This document shows, piece by piece, positions 20,375 through 29,586 of a stretch of DNA of 64,000 nt (its first letter is position 1; each line of letters starts with the position of its first letter). This stretch comes from an uncultured Holophagales bacterium (lineage in GTDB: Bacteria; Acidobacteriota; Thermoanaerobaculia; Multivoradales; UBA5704), in NCBI GenBank assembly GCA_963842525.1, contig CAWJGT010000001.1, positions 544,001 to 608,000 of the forward strand, written 5' to 3'. The position numbers and the translations under genes were made by a program. A model generated the notes under the pieces. That model made no database searches. It saw only the letters and a program-made list of their open reading frames with translations, and was not told the origin of the DNA.

Positions 20375-22297
20375 ATGAAATGGAACGAGGGCCTAAAAGG
20401 CGCCTATCTGCGGATCGCAGCGACGAATAGATCCCCACTTCGCATTGTCGCTGGGCCGGGCACCGGTAAGACCTTTTCGCTGATGCGGAGAGTTGCTCGC
20501 CTCCTTCAAGAAGACGGGGTGAAGCCGAAGCGCATCTTCGTCTCGACATTTACTCGGACCGCAGCGCGAGATCTTGAGAAGACCCTTCGGGAGATGGACG
20601 CCGAAGGCGCCACCGACGTGCGCGCCGGTACTATCCACTCCTTCTGTTTCTCGGTGCTTGCCCGAGAGGAGGTTTTCCTTGCTACAGGGCGATCCCCCCG
20701 ACCCCTACTTACAGCGGAAGAGCGGTTCCTGTTGGAAGACCTTAGGGGGGAGCCTTTTGGGAAGTTGTCGGATTGCAAGAATTTGCTTCAAGCTTTCAAC
20801 GCCGCATGGGCAAGGCTACAGAGCGAAGAGCCTGGCTGGCCCGCCAATGCCATCGATCGGCAGTTTGAGGCAACCCTTGATGGTTGGTTGCGCTTTCATC
20901 AAGGGATGTTGATCGGAGAAATCGTTCCGGTCACACTCAGTTTCCTGCGAGACAATCCGTCGACGCCCATACTGACAGCGTTCGACCATGTTATCGTAGA
21001 CGAGTACCAGGACTTAAATCGTTCCGAGCAGGTCTTGCTTGATGTTCTTGCTGCGAATGGAAGATTTACCTTGGTTGGCGACGAGGACCAGTCAATCTAC
21101 TCGTTCAAGCATGCGCACCCGCAAGGAATTTCGCAGTTCAAGGTTAATCATCCTGAGACTCACGACGAGAGTCTCGAAGAGTGCCGCCGATGTCCGCAGA
21201 CTATAGTGAAAATGGCAAACGCACTAATTACATACAATCATAACCGTCAACCCAGGGAATTGGAAATAAGGAGTGAAAACTGCCAGGGTGAAGTGCATAT
21301 AATTCAATGGTGGGATATAGCTGAAGAGGCACAGGGGATAGCTCGGTTTATCCATGCTCGTGTCCAAGGAGATGTGGTCGGTGCTGGAGAGGTCCTCGTA
21401 CTTGCACCGCGACGACAGTTCGGCTATGCGATCCGGGACGCGCTGAAGAGGCTGGGAACGCCAGCTGTCAGTTTCTTCCAGGAGGAAGCTCTGGATGGCG
21501 ATCCAAAGAAGTTAGGAACGAGCCAAGCTCAACAAGCTTTCACACTGCTGAACCTACTGGCCGACCTGGAAGACCGCGTTGCGCTCCGCTGCTGGTGTGG
21601 TTTTGGTAGCCCGTCGCTTCGTAGCGGCGCCTGGAAGCGTCTTCGCCGCCACTGTGAGCAGACTGGACAGTCACCGAGGGAGGCTCTCGAGCAGATGATC
21701 CGGGGGGAGTTGACGCTCCCCAACTGCCAGGAGCTCGTTAACCGGTTCGCACTGCTTAAGGAGAGTCTTTCTGGCTTGACTGACCTATCGGGCAAGGGCC
21801 TGATTGACAGGCTATTTCCGGCAGATCAGCGATGGGCCCAGGCGCTTCGAGCGGCGGCTGAGACCATCGACAGAGAGGATGTCGATGCTCTAAAGCTAAG
21901 AGAGGGGGTGCGGACTGCGATTAGTCAGCCAGAGTTGCCGGTCGATGTCGATTATGTCCGCGTGATGAGCCTTCATAAGTCGAAAGGTTTGACGGCCGAT
22001 CTGGTTGTTGTCACTGGCTGCATCCAGGGTCTCATCCCGAAGGTTGATCTCGACCTAACGCCCGACCAGCAGGCAGTGATGCTTGAAGAGCATAGAAGAC
22101 TGTTTTACGTGGCATTGACTCGCGCTCGACAAACCTTGGTTTTGTCCAGCGTGATGCGCTTACCTCAAGAGTTGGCCTACATCTACCAGTTGGGCGCGGG
22201 GGCTGGCACCATGGCGACTACGTTTCTGAGCCAGCTAGGCCCTACACGGCCAGTGCCGGTCCAAGGTAAAACCTTTCTACGCAATCAGGGGTTGTAG
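20375..22297 (+). CDS. UvrD/Rep/PcrA-like SF1 helicase (cargo)
   Basis: AGPGTGKT, VDEYQDLN, VGDEDQSIYSF, MSLHKSKGL, RRLFYVALTRAR; TATAAT at 20334. Confidence 0.92.
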   Translation: MKWNEGLKGAYLRIAATNRSPLRIVAGPGTGKTFSLMRRVARLLQEDGVKPKRIFVSTFTRTAARDLEKTLREMDAEGATDVRAGTIHSFCFSVLAREEVFLATGRSPRPLLTAEERFLLEDLRGEPFGKLSDCKNLLQAFNAAWARLQSEEPGWPANAIDRQFEATLDGWLRFHQGMLIGEIVPVTLSFLRDNPSTPILTAFDHVIVDEYQDLNRSEQVLLDVLAANGRFTLVGDEDQSIYSFKHAHPQGISQFKVNHPETHDESLEECRRCPQTIVKMANALITYNHNRQPRELEIRSENCQGEVHIIQWWDIAEEAQGIARFIHARVQGDVVGAGEVLVLAPRRQFGYAIRDALKRLGTPAVSFFQEEALDGDPKKLGTSQAQQAFTLLNLLADLEDRVALRCWCGFGSPSLRSGAWKRLRRHCEQTGQSPREALEQMIRGELTLPNCQELVNRFALLKESLSGLTDLSGKGLIDRLFPADQRWAQALRAAAETIDREDVDALKLREGVRTAISQPELPVDVDYVRVMSLHKSKGLTADLVVVTGCIQGLIPKVDLDLTPDQQAVMLEEHRRLFYVALTRARQTLVLSSVMRLPQELAYIYQLGAGAGTMATTFLSQLGPTRPVPVQGKTFLRNQGL

Positions 22298-22335
22298 AGT
22301 GAAATGAGGGGCCAAATTACAGGATATCAAGGAGC

Positions 22336-25300
22336 GTGGCGAAAGGCGAAGCGGCGGATCAGGAGTGCAAGTTCATGAAAAAATTACCAGCGAAGACCAT
22401 TTCTCCACGGTGCCGCATTGGGCTCGTACAATTAGCGACGATTCCAGCCTACGTTACACCCAAAGTTGAGTGGCTTCGCGAACCTGCTCCTCCTCTTGAC
22501 GAAAAGACGCAACCATATCTAGCTGGCATAAAGAATAAGCCGGGGATTCAGGGATTGAGGGATGCAATATATGAAACCTACGGTCAGGACCTATTTTCAA
22601 AACTTCGCCTAATCCTTCAGGCGGTTGCGAGCCACCACGTGGATCTTCTTGTCTTTCCTGAGTACTCAATTCCTTTGTCAGCACTAAAGCAGCTGTCCCG
22701 CTGGGCGAGAGAAAACTCTTCGACGATTATCGCTGGAAGTCACACTGTAGTAATAACTCCTACTGCTCTCAAAGAATACGCAGATTGTGGTTTAAGAGCA
22801 GTTCAGGAATCGCCCAACGACTTTGCTAGAAAAGCGTTATCGCCAATATTCTTTGCAGATGGCCGTACAGATTTCCGCCTCAAGGTTACAAGATCCAAAT
22901 GGGAGCCAGATCTTCTGCTCGGTGAGGCTGACCAAGAACCTTTTACGATTACCCTTCAGGGGCAGGAAATCAGCGTTCAACTACTAATCTGTATTGATGC
23001 ATTAAGGCTTGGCATGGTCGGACGTGGCGCCAAACTGCTGGCCGTCTGTGCGTTGAGTCCACAGATCGAGCCTTTCCAGACTCTCTTTACACAAGCCCTC
23101 ATCAATGAAGTTCCCGGCGTAATAGCCAATAGTGCAGTATACGGAGGTAGCCAATTTTCATTGACGGGCCCATCCACAGCTAGTGACTTTGCTGAGCTTC
23201 TCAAGGTTGGCACTTCCGATGAGGTGCTCCTGATAGCCGATGTCGAACTCGGGAGGCAGTTCCAGAAACGGCGGTCTGTGGACTCCGAGCCCTCGTGGAA
23301 GCTCGTCGCGCGAAAGCCACTGCTGTATAGGGCGGTCTCATCACACGCCCGCTTAAGTGATTTGTTGGAATCGGCGAGGGCCAATACTACACTGCAAGTC
23401 CCCTTATCGGTACTCAATGAATTTGCGTTAGACCCTCATTTGCCAAAAGCTATGAGGCAACAACTTGAGATGTTTATTGGTGCATCTCAGGAAGGAGCGA
23501 TTACACCTGCGGAAGGGCAACTTCTACTAGATGCAATCTCAATTCCTGAGGTAATCCTTCCCTTCTGGAATCGGTGCCGACAAGGTTTAGAGGAATCCAA
23601 TCGCCAGATTGCCACACTTCTTCCTGATTACCCAGATGATGGCAGTCTAACAGACGCACTTCAGACCGTGAGCTATGGCATGAGGCACGCGAAAGGTAGG
23701 CTTCTGCCGCTGACTGTCCAACCATCACCACTTCGCGAAGGATCGGCGCAGGCTCCCCATCTATTCGTCAACCGCGAAGACGAGGTAGGTCGGCTTAGTA
23801 GACGACTTCTGAAAGATCCGGTCACCCTGGTAACAGGCCTGGCAGGAATCGGAAAGAAAACTCTTGTACAGAAGGTGATCGATGAGCTTTTTCCTCGGTA
23901 TCACAAGAAAGCCATTCACTGCGTCGATGGGATGACACCTTCTGAACTCCTGGAAGCACTTGCTGCAGCTCTTCTGGCGCCAGAACGGCTGAAGAAATTG
24001 GACGCTGCAAGCAAAGTACGTGAATGCCACATCTTGGTCGTTCACGATCTGGATCTGGTAGATTTTAGAGGCTCCGGCTTAGTGGATCTAGTGCAGTATT
24101 GGGAATTGCTCCACGGTACGGCGATCAGGATAGTTTTTCTTGCCTCAAGAAACATAAGCGAGCTTGATATTGCTAGCTTATCGCTAGGACCGCTCAATGA
24201 TGATGATACCAGGAGAATATTTGATTATTACTGCCGCCTATTTGGGGTATCGGCAATTGGGCAGTCAGATATTGTAGCTCATTTGTGGGGTTATCCGCTT
24301 GCAGCGCGAACAGCAGCCACGCTTCTGAGGGAAGGCGGTGGAGAAACGTTTGCGAAGCTTCGCTTCTTGAAGAAATTGCGGAGCGAGGTTGCAAAGATCC
24401 TCTTTAGAGGTTTGTCGCTCAGCGGCGAGGAGCGAAAGGCTTTGGAGGCGTTATCTATCTTTAGGAGGCCTGTAGAAGCTGAACTCGTGGAGAGGCTTGG
24501 AATTCAGGATAGTATTGATGGTCTCGAAAGCCGCTTCATACTATCACGCGAAGACGGGAGAATTTTTGTTATCCCACTTGTCCGGGAAGTGGCAATCGAA
24601 GATTGGATTAAACAGGGCGCTGCAACTGCTTATCATCGTATCGCGGCGAACCACTTCAAGGACCAAATTGCGTCCTCCGACAGCATACGCAGATTTGAAG
24701 CCACAGATGAAGCCGTCTATCATTTCTCCAGCATAGGCGACTTCGTTACAGCTCGCTCGCTCGGTGGTGATTGGTTTCAGCGGGCTCGCTCGGCATCACG
24801 AGATCTATATAGGCGCCGTGGCTATAAGGAAAGTGCGGCCATATGTGAAAAGGCACTTGAAACAACGCCGACAGATCGCGATTTTCTCGTAAGGCTTGTT
24901 ATGTGTTCCTCTAAATTGCGGAGGTGGCCTCGCGGGAAGGCGTGCATTGAACGACTGCGTTCTCTTGGTTCAGTGCCAGCCAAGGCTCTTACTTCCTATG
25001 GAGAGGCACTTGCGCGCGCGGGAATTCGACAGGAAGGGAAAGCCTATCTAGAGGAATGCCTAGAACAGCACCCGGGAGACCCCTATGCACTGGCTGTTCT
25101 TGCTAACGTGCACTTAGATGAGGGTAATCTGGCTCTTGCGAGAAACCTTGCTGACGAGGCACTAGAAGGAGATGCTCTGTGTGTGCGAGCGCTTGAAGTG
25201 GCGAGTATCATATCGCGCAGCGAGGGAAACAACGAGCGCGCGTATGAACTGGCTTATCGTCTCATGGGCATAGACCCCCAAAGAGGGGAAAGGATCTTTC

Positions 25301-25377
25301 AAAAGGCGCGAAGCGCTCTTGTTAAGAAATACGGCGGGGGTGTGCCCGGTGACCTGCTGAAGAGGCTTGAGTCTTGA
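22336..25377 (+). CDS. Nitrilase (CN-hydrolase) - STAND NTPase - TPR fusion
   Basis: RIGLVQL, LLVFPEYSI, IIAGSH, LICIDAL; FVNREDE, GLAGIGKK, GYPLA; C-terminal TPRs; AT-richer than flanks. Confidence 0.8.
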   Translation: MAKGEAADQECKFMKKLPAKTISPRCRIGLVQLATIPAYVTPKVEWLREPAPPLDEKTQPYLAGIKNKPGIQGLRDAIYETYGQDLFSKLRLILQAVASHHVDLLVFPEYSIPLSALKQLSRWARENSSTIIAGSHTVVITPTALKEYADCGLRAVQESPNDFARKALSPIFFADGRTDFRLKVTRSKWEPDLLLGEADQEPFTITLQGQEISVQLLICIDALRLGMVGRGAKLLAVCALSPQIEPFQTLFTQALINEVPGVIANSAVYGGSQFSLTGPSTASDFAELLKVGTSDEVLLIADVELGRQFQKRRSVDSEPSWKLVARKPLLYRAVSSHARLSDLLESARANTTLQVPLSVLNEFALDPHLPKAMRQQLEMFIGASQEGAITPAEGQLLLDAISIPEVILPFWNRCRQGLEESNRQIATLLPDYPDDGSLTDALQTVSYGMRHAKGRLLPLTVQPSPLREGSAQAPHLFVNREDEVGRLSRRLLKDPVTLVTGLAGIGKKTLVQKVIDELFPRYHKKAIHCVDGMTPSELLEALAAALLAPERLKKLDAASKVRECHILVVHDLDLVDFRGSGLVDLVQYWELLHGTAIRIVFLASRNISELDIASLSLGPLNDDDTRRIFDYYCRLFGVSAIGQSDIVAHLWGYPLAARTAATLLREGGGETFAKLRFLKKLRSEVAKILFRGLSLSGEERKALEALSIFRRPVEAELVERLGIQDSIDGLESRFILSREDGRIFVIPLVREVAIEDWIKQGAATAYHRIAANHFKDQIASSDSIRRFEATDEAVYHFSSIGDFVTARSLGGDWFQRARSASRDLYRRRGYKESAAICEKALETTPTDRDFLVRLVMCSSKLRRWPRGKACIERLRSLGSVPAKALTSYGEALARAGIRQEGKAYLEECLEQHPGDPYALAVLANVHLDEGNLALARNLADEALEGDALCVRALEVASIISRSEGNNERAYELAYRLMGIDPQRGERIFQKARSALVKKYGGGVPGDLLKRLES

Positions 25378-25726
25378 ACCTAGCCGGCCGAGGGCTGCTG
25401 GTCGAGCGAAAACTCCTCATTGAGGTTCTACGAGAAGGTGCGCGACTGTTACTTGGCCGCTGTGATCGAGTAAGTTTCAGCTAAGGTGAGCTTGAAGCCG
25501 TTGACCTTTGGCCAGACGAGCCGGGACGAGACGGCTGGCACCTAGCGCCGGCTCGACCGTGCTTCCCCGGAACCTACCGACCTTGGCCGAGGGCTTTTCG
25601 GCCCGGCGCTTCGGGCTCGCCTGAGGTTTCGGAATCCGGTGGCACCTATCCGGGCAGGCTACCACGCCGCGGCACCTCTGCCGGGATGTCGCAGCCTAGG
25701 AAAGTCATCGGCGCGTGGTTCTGCGC

Positions 25727-25981
25727 TCAGTGCACTACGGGCTGCAAACGACTTTCCCAATCGATCGGGAAGAAGCGAGCCTTCTCCCTCTCTCCTCTGA
25801 GCGAGTAGCCAGGCATCCCTTCTCTCTGATAGGCGGTCACTTCGAAGACTTCGCCATCGACTTCGACCCGATCGCCTGGCTGGTAGGCGGGGGGCACCTC
25901 CCTCCAGCGGGCCTGGAAGTCGGCGATTCGGGCCTCGGCCTCGCGGAGCAGCTCGGCGAGTTGGTCGGGGGTCAGTGCCAT
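25727..25981 (-). CDS. Small hypothetical protein
   Basis: MALTPDQLAELL...; GC-rich gene between AT-richer cargo genes. Confidence 0.5.
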   Translation of the reverse strand: MALTPDQLAELLREAEARIADFQARWREVPPAYQPGDRVEVDGEVFEVTAYQREGMPGYSLRGEREKARFFPIDWESRLQPVVH

Positions 25982-26217
25982 TGGGGGATTATAGGGCAAG
26001 GCGGGTGGCGCGGGGGGCGAAGGCCTCACTATCTCGGTGAAGAGGCTTGGCACCTATCGCCGGGGGTGATACCTAATCCGGGCACTTAGAAGCTGGCGAG
26101 TTTCAACTTGAAAGCAAACGGTTCCTTTGACAGACGACATCGACGACAAGCAATAGTTATCTTCCTCCTAAATGTTGAGCGTCGTCACGTATAGGGTGAT
26201 ACTATTAGGCATCAAGC

Positions 26218-28977
26218 ATGCGAGAGGAAATTATGACCAGAAAGGGTTCCGAGCCTCTTAGGACTCCGGGCGACAGCGTAGCTGAAGACGTTCATGCCAA
26301 AGGTTGGGATTTCGAACAACTCCTCGGCCAGCTAGAGGAAGAATATAGGAAGTCAGGTATACAGGACTTCTGGCACCGAGAGAGAGACGCTATCCGCTCT
26401 GCTCTTCAGAGCGTAGCTAGCACGCTCCCGAGAGCTCGTTACTCGCCCGATAAGGTGCTCGGCGTTGGAGGCTCGGGCGTGGTCATACGGTTGAAGGATT
26501 CGCTATTTCCGAGAGTAGACAACGCGCTCAAATTTCCTCGCCCAGTTGCTGGCAAGGTGGAACTCGTGGCAGAGTTGCTAGGAAGAGAGATTCAATATTT
26601 GGCGCAGCTCCGCCATCCTGGTATTGTAAAAATTCTGTACTATAGGTACGCCAAAGACATACCGGGCTATGGAACACTTCCGTTTTACTTAATGGAGGCG
26701 GTAGACGGCGTATCGTCCGGTAGGTTCGTTCGCAAGGAACTAACGCAGCAGCAGCAGCTCGTGGATCTAGTGCACAACACCGCTGCCATATTACAATATC
26801 TTCATACACTTCCAATCGGAGCCTTCGCCCACTTAGACCTCAAGCCCGATAATTTTATGGTTGACCACACAGGCCAACCTATTATGATTGATCTCGGCAC
26901 CTGCAAGCGCATTAGTCCAGAGGTCGATAATACTACCGTTGCATGCACGCGCTCATTCGCTCATCCTCAACTGATTCGCCAACTGACGGAAGATCCTTCT
27001 GACGAGAATCGCGCAAGGGGGGAAGTTCTACGCTCGGCTATCAGATTAAATTGGGATCTCTGGTCTTTTGGGTTAATGCTTATATCGTGGCTTGGATTTG
27101 ATCATAACACCGGGCATCTTGAGGTGCCCAGAATTCTTGATCTTTTAGATCCATATACCAGAAAGTATCTGCTACTCCTCTCTGCTCGCCTGCTTGCCGA
27201 GAATCCACCCACGTGGTTGCTGAAGAGAGTCGGCCTTAGTCATGAGTTCCTTAAGACGGTCCCCATTACTACCGCCTCGGAACTTAAGGAAGCGTTAGAC
27301 AGACTTGATGGCTCACAAGGTCCACTTGCTAGAGTCCAGGAGTTTCAGGTTCGAGGAAGTGGCACTATTCAGGCTGCACCTGGTACACATGTACCGGTTA
27401 CGAAGGCTTTGTCAGCGGTCCTTGAGCATAGACTTTTTAGAAGGCTAAACACGATCAGTCAACTGGGGTTAGTTTCGCAGGTGTACCCTGGCGCAAAGCA
27501 TACTCGAAGAGAGCACAGTTTGGGCACCTATGCAAATACCCTTAAGATGGTTCGGGTACTGTATAACGATCCTGTATCGCCGCTGTTCCGTCAAATTATT
27601 ACGGATGACGACTGCCGAGATTTGCTCCTAATTTCGCTACTTCATGATATAGGACACTTCCCTCTAGCCCACGACTTGGAGGATGTAGACAACAAACTAT
27701 TTAACCATGTTGAACTTACTCAGGCAATGCTCAAGGGCCTGTGGGAGAAGAAGAAAAGAGGCAGTACAAAGGTTAGCTTTGATTCACTCGAAGCCGTCTT
27801 CACTCTGTGGGGTACCACAAGCGATCGCCTAATGTCAATTTTGGCCGCAAAACCAACGAGCAATGACTCTAGCCCGAAACGCAAGTTGCTTCGCTCAATA
27901 ATAAGTGGACCCATTGATGCGGATAAGCTAGATTATTTGTTTCGAGATGCTCGACATCTCGACCTGCCATACCCAAACGGCGTCGATGTAGATCGCTTAT
28001 TCAAGTGCCTCACAACAGTCGTCGTGGACAGAATCGAAGGAGGCTACAAAGACATACCAGTTGTTGGGGTGCATGCAAAGGGGAAGGTATCTGCCGAGTT
28101 CCTTAGCATGGCGAGGTACGCCATGTTTTCTCAAGCATATTGGCATCATGCGGTGCGTGCGCAAAAGTCGATGCTCCTGCGGGCAGTTGAAGCCTTGCTA
28201 GGTGAGGAGAGCGAGTCAAAGATTAGAGAACTGCAATCAGCTTTTGTGTCGATGGTGTGTTCTCTCCCAGAGAGTCTATATGATTCAAGAGAAGTTAGGA
28301 GCTTGTTTGAAGATGATCCTCAAGCGGCTGACCGGTTAACTTCACCTCTTGGAGGGCACGGAACAGATCTTGCCGCCACTGATGCCGCCGTTCTTTCGTG
28401 GCTTTACAAGCGCCTGACTGATGCTAACCGTCCAGAGTCTTTGCTGATAGAGGGAATCCTCAGGCGCAACCTGTTCAAGCGACTTTGGGTGGTAAGCAGA
28501 GATATGGAGAGTCAGCGGTGGGACAAGATCGTCCGGATTTGGGAGAAGCTGGATAGGATCCAACGGCACAAGGTAGCTCACGAGTTTGAAAAAAAGGTCG
28601 CCGGCCGAATTGCAACAGAGGGATTGCAGAGCATAACTTCGATGGCTGCGGAAAGCGCAGAGGACAAGGTCGATCGCTTAACACGGGGGCAGAGCCCCTG
28701 GTTGCTAATCGATATACCAGGCGACCGACCTGGCTCTGAGATTGGACTTTATCATGTACTTGAGAGCCAACGTCGTAAGCTGCGGAAGGATGATCGGGCT
28801 GTCGGCGAGCTGGAGAAATCAATAGTCTGGGAAGAGTACGCTCGCAACCTTCTAAGGGTTGCAGGCAAGGTTAGGATCTTTTGCGCTCCTGATTTGGTTG
28901 ACAGCATAGAAGCTTCGGTTCCTTGGGAAAAAGGAATCGAAGATCTTACCACCGTCCTTGAGCGTGCCGAGGTTTGA
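26218..28977 (+). CDS. Ser/Thr kinase fused to HD-domain (SAMHD1-like dNTP triphosphohydrolase)
   Basis: LGVGGSGVV, ALK, HLDLKPDN, IDLG; then RRLNTISQLG..VYPGAKHTRREHSLG, LLHDIGHFPLAH, DADKLDYLFRD. Confidence 0.88.
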   Translation: MREEIMTRKGSEPLRTPGDSVAEDVHAKGWDFEQLLGQLEEEYRKSGIQDFWHRERDAIRSALQSVASTLPRARYSPDKVLGVGGSGVVIRLKDSLFPRVDNALKFPRPVAGKVELVAELLGREIQYLAQLRHPGIVKILYYRYAKDIPGYGTLPFYLMEAVDGVSSGRFVRKELTQQQQLVDLVHNTAAILQYLHTLPIGAFAHLDLKPDNFMVDHTGQPIMIDLGTCKRISPEVDNTTVACTRSFAHPQLIRQLTEDPSDENRARGEVLRSAIRLNWDLWSFGLMLISWLGFDHNTGHLEVPRILDLLDPYTRKYLLLLSARLLAENPPTWLLKRVGLSHEFLKTVPITTASELKEALDRLDGSQGPLARVQEFQVRGSGTIQAAPGTHVPVTKALSAVLEHRLFRRLNTISQLGLVSQVYPGAKHTRREHSLGTYANTLKMVRVLYNDPVSPLFRQIITDDDCRDLLLISLLHDIGHFPLAHDLEDVDNKLFNHVELTQAMLKGLWEKKKRGSTKVSFDSLEAVFTLWGTTSDRLMSILAAKPTSNDSSPKRKLLRSIISGPIDADKLDYLFRDARHLDLPYPNGVDVDRLFKCLTTVVVDRIEGGYKDIPVVGVHAKGKVSAEFLSMARYAMFSQAYWHHAVRAQKSMLLRAVEALLGEESESKIRELQSAFVSMVCSLPESLYDSREVRSLFEDDPQAADRLTSPLGGHGTDLAATDAAVLSWLYKRLTDANRPESLLIEGILRRNLFKRLWVVSRDMESQRWDKIVRIWEKLDRIQRHKVAHEFEKKVAGRIATEGLQSITSMAAESAEDKVDRLTRGQSPWLLIDIPGDRPGSEIGLYHVLESQRRKLRKDDRAVGELEKSIVWEEYARNLLRVAGKVRIFCAPDLVDSIEASVPWEKGIEDLTTVLERAEV

Positions 28978-29131
28978 AAGAAATGGAATCAGGGCCAACC
29001 TACGGCTCCTGGGCAGATCAATTAAAGAGGTCGATCTATAGGGTGAAGGATGTCGTTTTCACCTGTCCTCCTCCTTTTCACAATCGCTGGCGATCCAAAG
29101 AGACTGGCCTCAAACACGTTTTCGGACGCCC

Positions 29132-29497
29132 TTACTCATAGTCCCCTGGCAGCGTCGGCCTAGGAGGGGTGGTAGCGCCTTCCAGGCGCCGGGTGAGCGC
29201 TTCGTTGGTTCGGGTCAGGGCTTCGAGCTTGGCCTGCATCTGGGCTTCCAGGGCGGCTAGCTCGGCTTTGTGGCGGCGTTCACGCTCTTCGGCTAGGGCC
29301 TGGAGGGCCTCTCTTTCGCGTTGGTAGGCCTCCTGGCGTAGTGCGTGGCCCTCCTCGAGGATCCGCACGTCGAGCTGGAGTTGCTCCTGGCGCTTGTCCT
29401 GGCGGCGCTGGAGCCAGCGGCGGAGGAGCTCCAGGAAGGCGGCGCTGCCTCCGAGGGCGGCCAGGCCGGTGACGATGCGATCGACGAGCTCGCTCAT
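29132..29497 (-). CDS. Membrane-anchored coiled-coil protein, possible holin-like
   Basis: One N-terminal hydrophobic segment plus charged coiled coil; last gene of the late operon. Confidence 0.45.
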   Translation of the reverse strand: MSELVDRIVTGLAALGGSAAFLELLRRWLQRRQDKRQEQLQLDVRILEEGHALRQEAYQREREALQALAEERERRHKAELAALEAQMQAKLEALTRTNEALTRRLEGATTPPRPTLPGDYE

Positions 29498-29538
29498 GAG
29501 GGAGGGCCTCGTGATTTTCAGGCGGTAGCCGGAGGTGA

Positions 29539-29563
29539 GGGCAACCACAAGGGTTGCCCCTAC
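29539..29563 (-). repeat. GTAG-type REP-like palindrome
   Basis: GTAGGGGCAACCCTTGTGGTTGCCC on the minus strand. Confidence 0.7.
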
Positions 29564-29586
29564 ATGGGATTGCGTCGGGTTGGACA

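Noticed and set aside
20375-22297. Gabija system
   Set aside because: No GajA-like OLD/TOPRIM nuclease next to the UvrD gene
22336-25377. DRT/retron or diversity-generating retroelement
   Set aside because: No reverse transcriptase motifs and no template/variable repeat pair seen in the window
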